Source: Octopus vulgaris
Lineage: Eukaryota
Length of the DNA: 64,000 bases
NCBI GenBank assembly: GCA_951406725.2
Contig: OX597829.1
Location: 10,664,001 to 10,728,000 of the forward strand
Direction of reading: 5' to 3'
The position numbers and the translations under genes are program-made. This document shows, in pieces, positions 36,764 through 51,288 of this stretch (positions are counted from its first letter, which is position 1; every line of letters starts with the position of its first letter). Below the pieces are notes generated by a model, which saw only the letters and a program-made list of their open reading frames with translations, did not search any database and was not told the DNA's origin.

Positions 36764-38295
36764 AGTTTCTTTATTGGTCACAAGGGCTGCACACAGATGG
36801 GACAAGTTACAAGGTAGAGCTTTTCTTTTGCGGTAGAAAAAAAAATGTGGCGTAGGTTTTCGATCAAAAGGGATCGTAAAAGGGACAAAAGAACAAAAAA
36901 AAAGAAAAAAGAAAAAAAAGGAGAAAAGAAAAAAAGGAAAAAAGAAAAAAGAAAAAAGGGAAAAAAAGAAAAGAGAAATGAAAAAAGAAGAAAAAAGAGG
37001 AAAAAAGGGGGAGAAGAGAAAAAAAACGATCAATAGGGATCGTGTATCACAGTGTCATGATGTATAGTATAAAGGGGAAATCAAGTAAGGTTTATCCGTG
37101 GGAAGAAAAGCCTACGAAAAAGACCACGGTAACCTTGGTCAATATTGTTATATGTTACCACATTTGTTTGCCAGTGGGTAACCCTGTTTTCAAATTCTGG
37201 GTTCATAGGATTATGCTCAAGGTGGCTTCGTCATTCATACGTGCCATCCTTGCTACATTCACTCATCTTTTTTTAAAACGTTCGCTAGACAAAACTTGCC
37301 TCTCTACTCTCACTTTCCTTTTCAAGTGGTACTTGAAGAAGCTGATGAGAGGTTGACCAGAGAGGAAAGTGTTTGTCTCCAATCCTTTCAGACGCGTCCA
37401 CCAGATACATTCTTTCGCCATAGCCACAAGGATGATGAAAATAGCTCTTCCTTCCCGTTTGAAGGAAGGAGGCGTGACAATATTGACGATAGACTCAGCT
37501 GATAAACCGACTCGTCCCACACGTGACAGCAGTTGTTCGACATAAGCCCACAGGTCGGAAATTGTTGGACACTGCACGAGTACGTGCAGAACGGTTTCGT
37601 CGCTCTGACCGCATCTCGGACAGGTCGGCCCTGTGTTTCTCGAGCCGTGTCTGTAGAGCTTATCCCGAACGGGTAGCGCTTCTCGGTAGCACTGCCAGGC
37701 CAGGGATCTCTGGATGTCCATGGGCCCTGGCCCGAAAGTCGTCCCACACAGGCGGGTCAGGTATTCCTCGTCGACGTCCAGGTTCGCCCCGAGCTCGTCG
37801 TCGTACCTCCCTTCCACTAATCCCTTATAGAATGCTTTGGTTGTGTTGAAGTCGCTCAAGGTCAACCCGGGACGGCATAGATGCTTGAGAGCAACGCGAC
37901 ACTCGCGGTGCTATTCGCCCTTCCTCGGCTTCTTTTTGATCCACGATTGCAGTTCGGTCATGGAGACGAGCTGCGGGAAAGCAAGCCTCACAAACGGCGA
38001 CCTCACCTGTTCACCGTCGTCTACGAAGAGCCTGAGATGTTGCAGTCTCAGCGCGTGTCTGCGCATCATCAACCACGGCATGCCCAGTCCTCCTGTTAAC
38101 GGGTGTTGACTGCAAATGGTACGCCTGACCATCGGGACACATCCTTTCCACAAGAAGCGAAAGAGAATGCGTTCTAGTTTGGTGATGTTAGGGTCGGGAC
38201 AAGGCACGACGGTCAGACGGTACTAGATGACGGACGCGATGTACGTGTTCGCCACCTCCGCCCGACCTTTTAGGGACAGTTTCCTCTCGGCCCAT
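36764..38295 (-). mobile_element. L1/Tx1-clade LINE 3' fragment (ORF2 C-terminus, CCHC knuckle, 3' UTR, AATAAA)
   Basis: HPLTGGLGMP, CPRCGQSDETVLHVLVQC; AATAAA at 36775-36770 then (CTAT)n on the sense strand; homologous to about 45941-47320. Confidence 0.93.
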
Positions 38296-38427
38296 TACAA
38301 TTCAGTAAATAGGCACTGCAGTTCATCGAATGACTGCATTGACCACCGTAAAAACTGATGGGGGACCATTTAATTTCATTTCTCCATTCAATTTCAATCA
38401 ATCGGTTAATTAATCAATCAGTCAATC

Positions 38428-38511
<84 letters not shown>

Positions 38512-38673
38512 AGATAGATAGATAGATAGATAGATAGAGATTGACTGATTGATTAATTAACCGATTGATTGAAATTGAATGGAGAAATGAAATTAAATGG
38601 TCCCCCATCAGTTTTTACGGTGGTCATTGCAGTCATTCGATGAACTGCAGTGCCTATTTACTGAATTGTAATG
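38293..38673. repeat. Inverted duplication centred on a (CTAT)n to (GATA)n strand flip at 38510
   Basis: CATTACAATTCAGTAAATAGGC..CAGTCAATCTCT is mirrored by AGAGATTGACTG..GCCTATTTACTGAATTGTAATG. Confidence 0.95.
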
Positions 38674-40252
38674 TAATTGATGGAATAATCCGCAAAATTT
38701 CTGAACTCTTGACATAATTTCTAGAATGAGTGAGCGTGACGCAATATTTTTCGATATATAGCTTTGAATCACGCGTACAATCAGTACTGCTGATACAGTT
38801 ACTGTATTTCCAGTCTTTCACTAATCAGGTTTGAGTCGATCTGAGATTATGGTGAAAGACACTTACCCATGACATCACTCACTGAGATAAAGATCACATA
38901 ATTATTAGCACTCACACATACGCACACATACGCACGCATACAAACACACACACACACACATATATATATGCACATGCACATACACACATGCATACACAAA
39001 CACAAACACACACACACATACATACATTTGGATTTAGATTTCATATTCAGATCTTGAATATAAATTTTATATAAATCTTCATATATACTCATATGTACAT
39101 AATAAGTATTATGCATACATGTGTGTGTGTCTGTATGACTGTGTTTATTTATGTATGTGTGCATTAGTTAGGTATATTTTTATGCACATACATACAAGTA
39201 TACATACACATACATACACACACAAACACACACACACACACACATATATCGAGGGAGTCAGAGAGAGAAAGAGTGAGAAACAGACAGACAGATAGAGACT
39301 TAGACAGAAGCACATAATGACATAGATACATACATACTAACCTACATAGACGTATAAATATACACCCTTTCACATGTTTATAGGTGAACTTTATTTCAAC
39401 GCGATTAGCAGTGTGCTATTTTATATTATCCGAAAATTTAATCTATATATCCATCGCTGTCCCCGGCAAAAAGTCAAAATATCACATTGGTAAGTAGATT
39501 GACTAATTTAATGTCATGTAATAAAATAGACTTTTTATTTGACGTTGATATTTCTACTTATTCACTTATTGTTGAAATATCTAGAATTATCCGATAACTA
39601 TGAATGGTTCTCACATATCAAAGATAATTTCCAGTTACTTAGGAAACATGTTTATGCATGACAGTCGAGAGAGGGGGAAAATCAGATATGATATCGTCTT
39701 CTTTGACTAGAATTCATTATCATGGAAAATTTTCAATAATGATCAGATACGTCCGGGGTGGCGGTGGTGACGGTAGTGGTGGTGGTGATGGTGGTGATGT
39801 TACTGCTATTGATGATTGTCGAGGTGGGTAGTGATGGTGGTGTTGGTGGCAGAATGTGGTATGACAGTTACGTCAAAGATTTCATTTTTATTTCAAATAA
39901 ACTTGGTGAGTTGTTCTTTAAATTGCCCCTTTATATTTAACATGTCAGAATTCTGGAGGAAAATTACTAGGTCTGCAAAAATAAAAAGAATAAAAAGAAA
40001 TTTCATATACATACATGCATACGTATGTATATATGTATATTTATGCATATATGCATATATACATACACACACACACACATATATATGTGTGTATATGTAT
40101 ATATATATGTATGTTTATATTTGTTGTGGGATTTAGCACGATTCTATGAATATCTTCTGTCCCAGAAAAGGAAGCCACTCAAAGATTCTATGTAAGTACC
40201 TAAACCGAAAATGCTCTTCCCAAATGATATCAGCAATATATGCGCGTGTTTG

Positions 40253-40375
<123 letters not shown>

Positions 40376-40862
40376 TATATATGATATATATACATATATA
40401 TATATGAATATATATATGAATATATATATATATGTATATATATGAATATATATATATGATATATATACATATATATATGTATATATATATTCATATATAT
40501 ATAAATATGATATATACATATATATATGTATATATATATTCATATATATATATATATGATATATACATATATATATATTATATATGGATATATGTGTGCG
40601 TGTATGTGTGGGTATGCATGTGTGTATGTATACAAACCCATATGCATTTTTGTGGTATGTATCCCTATCTATATCTATATTAATCTAGCTCTCTCTCTCT
40701 TCTCCCTCTCTGTATGCACACTTACACAAATACACATATATGCATATATACTTATAGATATACAAACATATATATGCATACACGCATGCATATATACATA
40801 TAGACATACATACATACATACATACATATATACATACATACATACATACATACATACATACA

Positions 40863-40896
<34 letters not shown>

Positions 40897-41863
40897 CAAA
40901 CATACATACATATACTTCAAAACTGGTGAAAAGCTATCAATATTGATCAGACACCTTCCACTAACAGCAATTTGAATCAAATTCTTCGTTAGTAAGCTTT
41001 AAGTCTTGAAGGACAAATCGATTAACAGTTGGTAAAGTCCTGGTGAATGGGTTCACTCTCCGAAGTTGGACAGCAGAATAGGGAATCTAATAATAAAACA
41101 TCACAGTGTTGAAAGGGCAGAAAACGGATTGCAAGGAATTATTACAGTTTGATAATCTCCAGCTGTCAAATATCTCCCAGGGATACTACCAAAGGCAAAA
41201 CGAATAAACAAAACAAAAACGGAATGAAAGGAAGAATGAAGAAAAGAAATAAAAGAATAAATAAAAAAGAGAGAAAAAAAAGGGGGTGGGTTAGCTACTT
41301 CAGCTTTATCTGGGGGATGTGGTGGCTAACGTTTTCCTTTCAGCGGATGCCGCTTGTAATATATGATACAGCGTTTCTAAGAGAACAACAAAGAATATTT
41401 AAATTTCAGATTAGAGATACCGAGATTGCATAATCATAGAGTTTGAACCATTGCTTTGAACATACCGAATCGATTATCTATTCGGCGTCATGAATGACCA
41501 ATGGCTAGTTCGTTTGACAGAAGGGAGGAGCGCAACGTCCGGATAACTTCCTCTACTGACCAAATCTGAAACACTTCAGCGTCTGTATGGCCGTGTGTTT
41601 CTTTCATATTACTTTTATTTGTTCTTTACTTTTCTCTGATAAAGAACTTAGTAGTTGTTAGCTTGGCATAACAAAGAGATCGTACTCGCTCGGAACGGCA
41701 TCTTCAAGAATGTTGAGGTTGTGCCGAAATTGGTGACTATAATCAGGTTAACAGTTTGTTGGCGATAAATATCTAAAAACATTTGAATCAATAACGCATT
41801 ATTGCGGTTACTATTCTTAAGAGCATGAACGAAACCCAACGTGATTAAATAGAGTTTTAAATA

Positions 41864-42096
<233 letters not shown>

Positions 42097-42399
42097 GTCT
42101 ATCTATCTACAACCCGTGGGCAAGATTTAGTGCTATATACACCTCAACATATAAAGCAAGAAATAGAAAATAAGACAATTATATATAAAATTATAAGAAA
42201 AAACAAAAAAACTAAATAAACAGATTACAAAAACAGATGTAGAAAAATGCTTAAAAAACATAATGAAAGAAAAAGAATATATAAACTGGGGTCCCCAGTT
42301 TAACACAGCAGTGGTCCGCTTCCCTAACCAGGAAGTGGCAAAAGCTCACTCTACTGAGTCTCTGGGAAATGATTAAATCATCATGGTCCCATACTATAA

Positions 42400-43527
42400 A
42401 AACCAGAGAGTGAGTCGAATCACTATTAAAAATGTACCTCCCGAGATTCCTAACAAATGGATAACAGGGGCAATCTGTTACCATTTCAAAAATATCAACA
42501 TTTTGGAAACTGCCGCGTACCTTGGCGACATTTGGGGTGGAAGACAATAGTGGTGACCATACAGATTGAGGGGGCCTCTATCGAGAGCCTACCGGATAAG
42601 ATCCACTTGGAAAATGGGCAATGCCTATATGTTGTAGCAGAAGGCAAAAAGCCTAGATGCTACAACTGTGGCAGCCCCGAACATTTAATTGCCAAGTGCG
42701 CTCTGGTACAGAAAAAACAAGAAAGAACAAATCAGAAAACAAATAAAAAACCCTTGTTGCCAACACCAACACCAACACCAACACACTCAATTATGGAACA
42801 ATGCCAAGAAAAACAACAAACCAGCAAACAAACCCCAACAACATCACTAAGAAAAGAAACAGTACCAACACAATCACCGTTGACGTCACAACCAATTCAA
42901 CATGTTGAACCAACAAAAAATAGACCAACACCAACACCGAGAACGACAATTAAAAATACAGAAAACAGTGACTAGAAGACAAATTCTACCTCTAACATCA
43001 CAACAACACAAACACAGCACAAAACATCAACAATTTCTACAAGCATACATATGAACACAAATGCTTTGCCTCTACCCCATACTGATACATCGGACGACGA
43101 AAGTTCGACGGAATGGCAAATAGCCACAGGGGGTAAAAGGAAAAGATCCAAAAAATCCACCAAACAAGGAAGTAAAGCAGGGAGATATCTAACTCCGGAC
43201 AACATCCCCCTAGACAATCAAAAAAGCAATGAACCCGTAAAACCACACACACAACTAACTGCAATAGACACAGACAATAAAGAATTAATGGACTACATCA
43301 CATCCAAAACGAACATCTGTGAAGATGACTTTAAGACAAACAATCATCCGCACACCACACCACCGAAACACATCAGAATTTTACACATAACACAAGCACA
43401 ACACCACATACTGAAAACAATATTTCCGAATGCGGTAGGCGGGTTTCAACGATACCTGTCGAAAAAACTATACAAACACCTCATCAAAAACAATACAAAA
43501 GAAGAAAAAATGAAACTTTTAAAATGA
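42400..43527 (+). pseudogene. LINE ORF1 remnant (gag-like zinc knuckle)
   Basis: CYNCGSPEHLIAKC (CX2CX4HX4C) followed by a P/T-rich region; internal stop at 42975. Confidence 0.75.
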
Positions 43528-43592
43528 GTAAGTGACCTCCCCTCTTGCCTCTTGTCTCTTCTAATGTAGTGTGTAAAACACAATTTTCGTAA

Positions 43593-46500
43593 ATGTCAAG
43601 TATGCTTAAATTAGGTTGTGTGAATGCGCGTGGCTTGGCGTCGTCTTGGAAGCAAGGTTACCTTCTAAACGACATCAAGTCACTGAACGTGGATATAGTA
43701 GCTATCAGTGAAACCAGACTCAGTAAGCCACGGGCCCTCGAATCCATGTTTGGCAATCAAATTGACATTTATTTTTCTCCCTGTCTGCCTAACATGGGTG
43801 GTGGAGGTACCGCGGTGCTTTTTCGAAAGAGTCTAAATGTAAAAGTAAGAGCAATATTCCTAGACCCGGAGGGTAGGCTGGTTGTCTTGGACGTGGATGG
43901 CAGAAATGGGTGTGCATTCCGTATGATGGCAGTTTATGCACCGTCTTTAACAGGTCGGGCCGATTTCTTCAGACGTCTAGAGGTTTTCCTGGGTACGTCT
44001 TGACCTTTACTGTTAGTAGGGGATTGGAACGCTACCTTGGACACGCATCTAGATTATGTGGGAAGGGATAGGATTAGAAGGGGGTTAAGAGCCTCAAAGA
44101 CCTGCTCAGATGTTTCCATTTGTCTGACAGGTTCCGACTCGACCATCCGAACGTGTCAACGTGGACTTGGACAAACCGCGTCGGATCGTCGAGATCTTAT
44201 CTAGATAGAATTCTATGCAGGACAGCGGATAGGGATAGTGTAGGATGTCCACAATTTAAAATAGTCAGCTACACAGATCACAAATTTGTTACGTGTACGC
44301 TCGACTTAGATAAAACATATAGGCAGGGTCCCGGTTACTGGAAACTGAACACGTCGCTGTTAGCGCGACAGGTTTACAGGAACCGGATTAGCGAGTTAAT
44401 TAAGAGGGCGCTGACGGGAGCCGTCGTTAACAACCGCTGGTGGTACGCCCTGAAAATGGCAATAAAATCGGAATCAATTAGGTTTAGCAAGGAATTAGCG
44501 ATAGAACGAAATAGAGTATAGGGAGACTTGGTTAAGAAACTAGAAGAGGCACTTACCACTGGCAGCGCAACCAAGGTGCTGGCTGCGAGGATGGCCCTCG
44601 ACCAACACCTCAACGCCAAGCACGAAGGTTGCGTCGTCAGAGCTAAAATGCGTGCCTTAAGAAACGAAGGGATCGAAGCTGCGCGAGAGGCCCGGGTAGC
44701 GGAGGCGCAGCGTGGCAACAGAGCCACCATTCGGTCTCTAAAAGATCAACAGGGATGCAGTTTACTCGAACCCAAAAGGATGTGTGAGGCCTTTCAACAG
44801 CTCTTTGCTCGACTGTTTGGTGCGAGTGGTGGGTCGGAACGCGGGATGGATTTCAGTGCCTACCTGACCGACCTGCCGCGGCTCTCGGCAGGAGAAGCGG
44901 AGTGTTGTGAAAGTCCCATCACAGCCGCTGACGTGTGGGATCCGATGGCGGGCTGCACGAGGGATAAGTCGCCTGGATTGGATGATTTACCCTACGAGCT
45001 GTATTGTCAAATGCCAGACTTGTTTGGCGACCTCTTGGCATCAGTCTACTGCAACTGGCAACAAAACGGGAGAATCTCCGGTTTCGTGAGCCGAGGTGCA
45101 GTGACGTTGCTGAAGAAAGACCCAAACAAGGGGAATTTTATAGAATATTTCAGGCCCATCACTCTGCTCAACGCAGATTTGAAAATTTTGGCCAAAGTAA
45201 TAGCCGAGAGGTTGGCGCTTGTGATCGGTAAACTGGTCGACAGGGCGCAAACATGCACCGTGCCGGGCAGAACCATACATGACAACCTGCATCTGATGCG
45301 CTACATTGTGGACATGGTAGTTAAGGATCCTGGCATGGGTGGGGCGCTGATCAATTTGGATCAGTCTAAAGCCTTCGATAGGGTCGACCATCGGTACTTG
45401 GCGGCCGTCCTCAGGGCGGCTGGTTTCGGTCCCGTCTTCCGCGGTTGGATCGCTGTCTGTATAGCGGCATCCGATCGGTGATTCGGGTGAACGGTCACCT
45501 ATCGAAACCGTTTGACATCACGCGTTCGGTCCGTCAGGGGTGTCCCCTGTCGGGGCTTCTGTATGTATTGACTCTCGAGCCGCTACTGCAGAAGCTGGCG
45601 ACACTGAGGGGCATCCAACGGGAACTGGGTTGCGGGACGAGCGTGTCGGCATATGCGGACGATGTCACCGTCATAGTGTCGAGCGACAAACACATCTAGA
45701 TGATAGGCGAGACACTAAGAAAATACGAAACGGTGACGGGAGCAAAGATTAACCCGGAAAAGTCAGTGGGTTTGCTACTCGGCACCTGGAGCAGCAAGCT
45801 CATGCCGTCCGACTGCGGCTCAGTAGTGGGACGCTGGACGGACGGAATGGTTAAATTGCTCGGGGTCTGGTTCAGTCCGGACCTCCAAATGAATAAGAAC
45901 TGGGACGAGATCACGAGTAGAGTGGTCGCTCTCAGCCAAACATGGGCCGAGAGAAAGCTGTCTCTAAAAGGCCGGGCGGAGGTGGCGAACGCGTACATCG
46001 CATCCGTCATCGATTACCGCCTGACCGTCGTACCTTGTCCCGACGCCACCATCACCAAACTGGAACGCACACTCTTCCGCTTCCTGTGGAAGGGTGGCGT
46101 TCCGATGGTGAGGAAGCCCATTTGCTGTCAACATCCGTTGAATGGAAGACTGGGCATGCCGTGGTTGATGATGCGCAGGCATGCGCTGAGACTGCGACAT
46201 CTCTGGAACTTCATCGACGACGGTGAACAGGTGTGGGCGCCGTTTGTGAGGCGCGCCTTCCCGCAGCTTTTCTCACTGACCGAACTGCAAACGTGGATCA
46301 AAAAGAGACCGAAACTGGGCGATTGGCACCGAGTGTCGCCATACTCTACAGCAGCTCTGCCGACCGGGGTCAAACTTGTGCAACTTACAAACGACTAAAG
46401 CGTTCTATAGAGGACTAGTGGGGGGGGAGGTCCGACGACACACTCGGGGCAAACCTGGGCGTCGACGAGAAATTCCTAACCCGCCAGTTCAGGACGACGT

Positions 46501-47000
46501 TCGGGCCGGGGCCTATGGATAACTTCCAGAAATTCCATGGTTTGGCAGTGCTATCGAGACGCACTACCTGTTCGAGAGAAGAGCTACAGGCACGGTTCGA
46601 AAACCATCACCGGACCGACCTGCCCTAGATGCGGTCAGAGCGACGAAACCGTTCTGCACGCACTCGTGCAGTGTCCAGATATTTCAGAGCTGTGGTCCTT
46701 CGTCGAACAGCTGTTGTCACGTGTAGGACGGTCTCGTCTATCGGCGAGTCTATCCTGAATATTGTCCCACCACCTTCCTTTAAACGGGAAGGGAAAACGG
46801 TTTTCGTTACGCTGATGGCTATGGCGAAAGAATGTGTGTGGTGGACGCGTTTGAAAGGACTGCAAACAAACACCTTGCTCTCTGGTCAGTCTCTCGTCAA
46901 CTTTTTCAAGTACCACTTGGAAAGAAGGCTTTGTCGAACGAATGTTTTAATAAAAAGTGGGTAAAAGTGGCAAAAATGGTCAGACGACACTATTTTAGGC
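43593..47000 (+). pseudogene. LINE ORF2 (AP endonuclease and reverse transcriptase) with multiple stops and frameshifts
   Basis: CVNARGL, VAISET, VYAP, TWTN..SYLDRI, TDHK, LDQSKAFD, SVRQGCPLS, YADD, LLGV, CPRCGQSDETVLHALVQC. Confidence 0.93.
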
Positions 47001-47328
47001 ATAAATCTGTAACCAAAAGAGACAACGAGAAGTAAGGCGACTTACTCATGTGTTCTTTTTCGAATTGTCTGAAATGACCTTGATCTTTTTTGTAGGTTTT
47101 TCTTTCCAAGGCTACACCTAAACTGTGAACCTTACATATATATATATATATATATATATAGCTTTTTTATACACCACACAACCCACAGATCCCTATTGAT
47201 CGAACGTTTTTTTTTGTTCTTTTTTGAGCCCCACCCATCCCACCTCGAAAAGAAAAAATTCTACATTGTATTTCGTCCATTTTTGTTCTGTGTTTAGCCC
47301 TGTGTGTCTACAATCAACAATTATCTAC

Positions 47329-47494
<166 letters not shown>

Positions 47495-47515
47495 GTCTGT
47501 CTATCTACCAATCTA

Positions 47516-47560
<45 letters not shown>

Positions 47561-47589
47561 TTATCTAATTACCTACTCCTCTATCTATC

Positions 47590-47646
<57 letters not shown>

Positions 47647-47666
47647 ATCTATCTATCTATCTATCA

Positions 47667-47702
<36 letters not shown>

Positions 47703-47713
47703 ATCTCTCTATT

Positions 47714-47746
<33 letters not shown>

Positions 47747-47795
47747 ATCTTTCTATCTCTCTATCTATCTATCTATCTTTCTATCTTTCTATCTT

Positions 47796-47842
<47 letters not shown>

Positions 47843-48547
47843 TTATTTATCTATCTATCTATCTTTCTATCTCTCTATTTACCCATCTATGTATGTAACT
47901 ACCTTTGTATCTATTTCACTGTTTCTATATCTGTTAATTTTGCTTGCTAGCTAGCTTTCTATTAATATGCTTGCCTATCTATCTCTCATCTCTTCAGATT
48001 ATATACATATATAAATATATGTGTATATCTGTAATCTGAAGAAAATGGATAAATGTATACCCATATCTTCACACTTACTATGGACAAAGTTTTACTACAT
48101 TTAAAAAAACTATCTATATAATATTATAATATTATTAAGTTCTAAAGAAAGATAATACCACAGTCAGCTAATGATATCATGAGATACAGATATTGTACAT
48201 ATCCTTATGTCTTGCAATAATTCTTATATTCCTGCATTGAGAAACATCGAGCATTTTGTTTTGTGTGTGTGTGTTGTAACTGAAGTTTTGGTGATGAACA
48301 ATGAAAAATCGTCGCTCGTGTATGTGTGTGTATATGAAAAATTTCGATGCTATTTAATATTTTCAATGAAATTTATGAATTTGTTCTATATTATGTTTTA
48401 TAAACAGTATTTGATACGATGTTGTTCCAAGGGGACTTCAGTGTTTTATGTAAAGGTCTCATGCATAGGCACAAAGCGTTAATTTGGGAGGAAGGGAACA
48501 GTCAACTACATTGAGCCCAGTTCATTATATCGTTTGGTACTTTTATC

Positions 48548-48940
48548 ATGGAGGCGCAATGGCCCAGTGGTTAGGGCAGCAGACTCACGGCCTTAGGATC
48601 GCGGTTTCGATTTCCAGACCGAGCATTGTGAGTGTTTATTGAGCGAAAACATCTAAACCTCCATGAGTCTCCGGTAGGGGGTGGTGGTGAACCCTGCTGT
48701 ACTCTTTCACCACAACTTTCTCTCATTCTTTCTTCCTGTTTCTGTTGTACCTGTATTTCAAAGGGCCAGCCTTGTCACACTTTGTGTCACGCTGAATCTC
48801 CCCGAGAACTACGTTAAGGGTACACGTGTCTGTGGAGTGCTCAGCCACTTGCACGTTCATTTCACGAGCAGGCTGTTCCGTTGGTCGTGGTCGGATTAAT
48901 TAGAACCCTCGTTGTCGTCAACGACGGAGTGCCAAGACGA

Positions 48941-48945
<5 letters not shown>
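48548..48945 (+). mobile_element. tRNA-derived SINE family B
   Basis: GGAGGCGCAATGGCCCAGTGGTTAGG..GGTTTCGATTTCC; diverged copy at 53408-53712. Confidence 0.85.
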
Positions 48946-49017
<72 letters not shown>

Positions 49018-49219
49018 GGGAATAAATCCAAACTTACAGGGAAAATCAGATTTAGGATTGAATCCAATTTTATAGTAAAATATTATATTATATTAAATTA
49101 GAGACAAAACCACTATTAGGCAAATCAAACAATGAAAAACTTAAGCCAATACATAAGATTATTTAATTTATATTATTTAAATATATAAGAAAATTATTAA
49201 AAAAATATAATTAATATCA

Positions 49220-49283
49220 CACTACGATCGTTTCATGCCTGCTAACTTCTTCAAATTTTTGAGTCGCAGTCATTCATCAGGTG
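49220..49283 (-). ncRNA. Type I hammerhead ribozyme (Naiad pLTR)
   Basis: Minus strand CAC-CTGATGA-ATGACTGC..GCAGGCAT-GAAAC-GATC-GTA-GTG. Confidence 0.85.
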
Positions 49284-50534
49284 GTTTAAATATCTAAAAT
49301 ATAATCAATATTTTTAAGATATAAATAATATATATAATATAATATTTTTACTTATAATAAACTCTATTATTAAATATGATTATATCGAAATCGACTATAA
49401 TGTTAAATATTAACTTTAATTTATAAGGTAGAAAACCCATAATCTAATATCAATATTAGTTTATATCTAATTACATAAATACTTAAAATGACTAATATAT
49501 ATAAATTATCAATGAAAATATATATAAATATTATAATCAAGATCTAAAATAATCTCTATAAATAATTGTATATAATGAAAACCTAATAAATTTAATTTTT
49601 CATATTTAAAGATGAAATAGCTAATTTCAAAATACAAATAAACTAACTTAAACGGACTTTCAAAATCTTATGTAAAATACTTATAGAAATATTCAATTCT
49701 TAATAATATAGTATCAAATAAATACTATAAGTACTATAAATATAATTATGAATGGGAATAATTATCTAATATAAATTATGCTATTAAATTAGACATGGCC
49801 TAGAGCAATCTTTAGTCGAAACATATCTAATTTTATCAAAGTTTATCTAATTTATTTAATATCTAATAACATAAAAAATTACGATAATTAGATCATTACA
49901 TAAACAACGATACTTACATAAGGAGAATATTATTACTCCAAAGGCTTATACAATATTAAAATTTACAATTTGAAGATCTTAAAAAGATACATACTTATCT
50001 TGACGAGGTTTAAACAATGAACTAAAATTTTGAATCAAAAAACGTCTTATACAGCGTTTATAAGAATACTCATGGAATTACGTTATTAGCAAAAAAAAAG
50101 AATAAATTGTTGAAGAAGTCATTACGCGTGAGGAACCTACGTTTATTAAAGATTATGAATGGAAAATTATATGTTTATCATTGTAAAAAGAATGAAATCA
50201 CAAATAAAGAATAAAATCTCTCTATACTATAATATTTATTAATAAAATAACTATGATAAATGAAACTTAATACAAAATAAATTAAATGATTAATAACCAC
50301 TTATTATTAAATATATTCTAAAAATCTAATAGGATTAATAAATACATAAAAATTAATTTATATAGTAACCCCACTACATATTATAAATTCTTTCCCATAC
50401 CCTTATAATTAGTGATCATAACAAATCTATATATACTAATCAAAATTTGTAGTATAACTATACATACGTATACATAAATATATAAGAAAATATCCATACA
50501 TATACATATATATATATATCATATACACATATAC

Positions 50535-50565
<31 letters not shown>

Positions 50566-50723
50566 CACACATACATTCATATACATATATACACACATAT
50601 ATACACACACTTACACCCATACACATATGCACACTCATACATACATGTACATACATACAATACTCAATATATACACTTACACCAATATATACACACCCAC
50701 ACACATACAAATAAATAAATGTA

Positions 50724-50769
<46 letters not shown>

Positions 50770-51288
50770 TCATCAAATACACATATATACAAACACACAC
50801 TTCCACATATATTATAAATAAATAGATATATAAATGCCTATAATCATACTACAATACAAAATAGAGGTAAATATTAAGTTAAATCTAAATAATTAATCTA
50901 CTAATCTATACTTCTATATTAAATAAAATGGATTAAATAAACAACTAAATAAAACTATTTCAAATATAAAGAGATTACATACAAATAGATTAATATAACA
51001 AAATTATAATTTAACGAAGTTATAATAGAAATATAACACAATATATAAAATAAATAAAATTGTAACTTACTAGACTCAATATTCAACAAACAATTAAATA
51101 TTTATTATTTAGTAATAAAATATTTAGTAATAAAATGAAAAACCATCTATAATCTAACTATAATTAAAAACAGAACCTAAATAACTAAAATAAACTATTA
51201 TAATATGTACTACAAATCACCTGGTATATTTATAATACTATTACATAAAACAACAAATAGGGAGCTAATTAAGGCTAATAAATAATTA

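Larger units (their letters stand above)
42110..47322 (+). mobile_element. Near full-length L1/Tx1-clade LINE between two (CTAT)n arrays
   Basis: ORF1 remnant, ORF2 (APE, RT, CCHC) and 3' UTR; flanked by (CTAT)n at 41865-42109 and 47322-47890. Confidence 0.93.

Noticed and set aside
41648-41839. 63-aa minus-strand ORF as a candidate upstream olfactomedin exon
   Set aside because: No signal peptide or clear splice sites
48548-48625. tRNA-like sequence (also at 11065-11140 and 16740-16790)
   Set aside because: These are SINE heads continuing into SINE bodies or truncated, not intact tRNA genes
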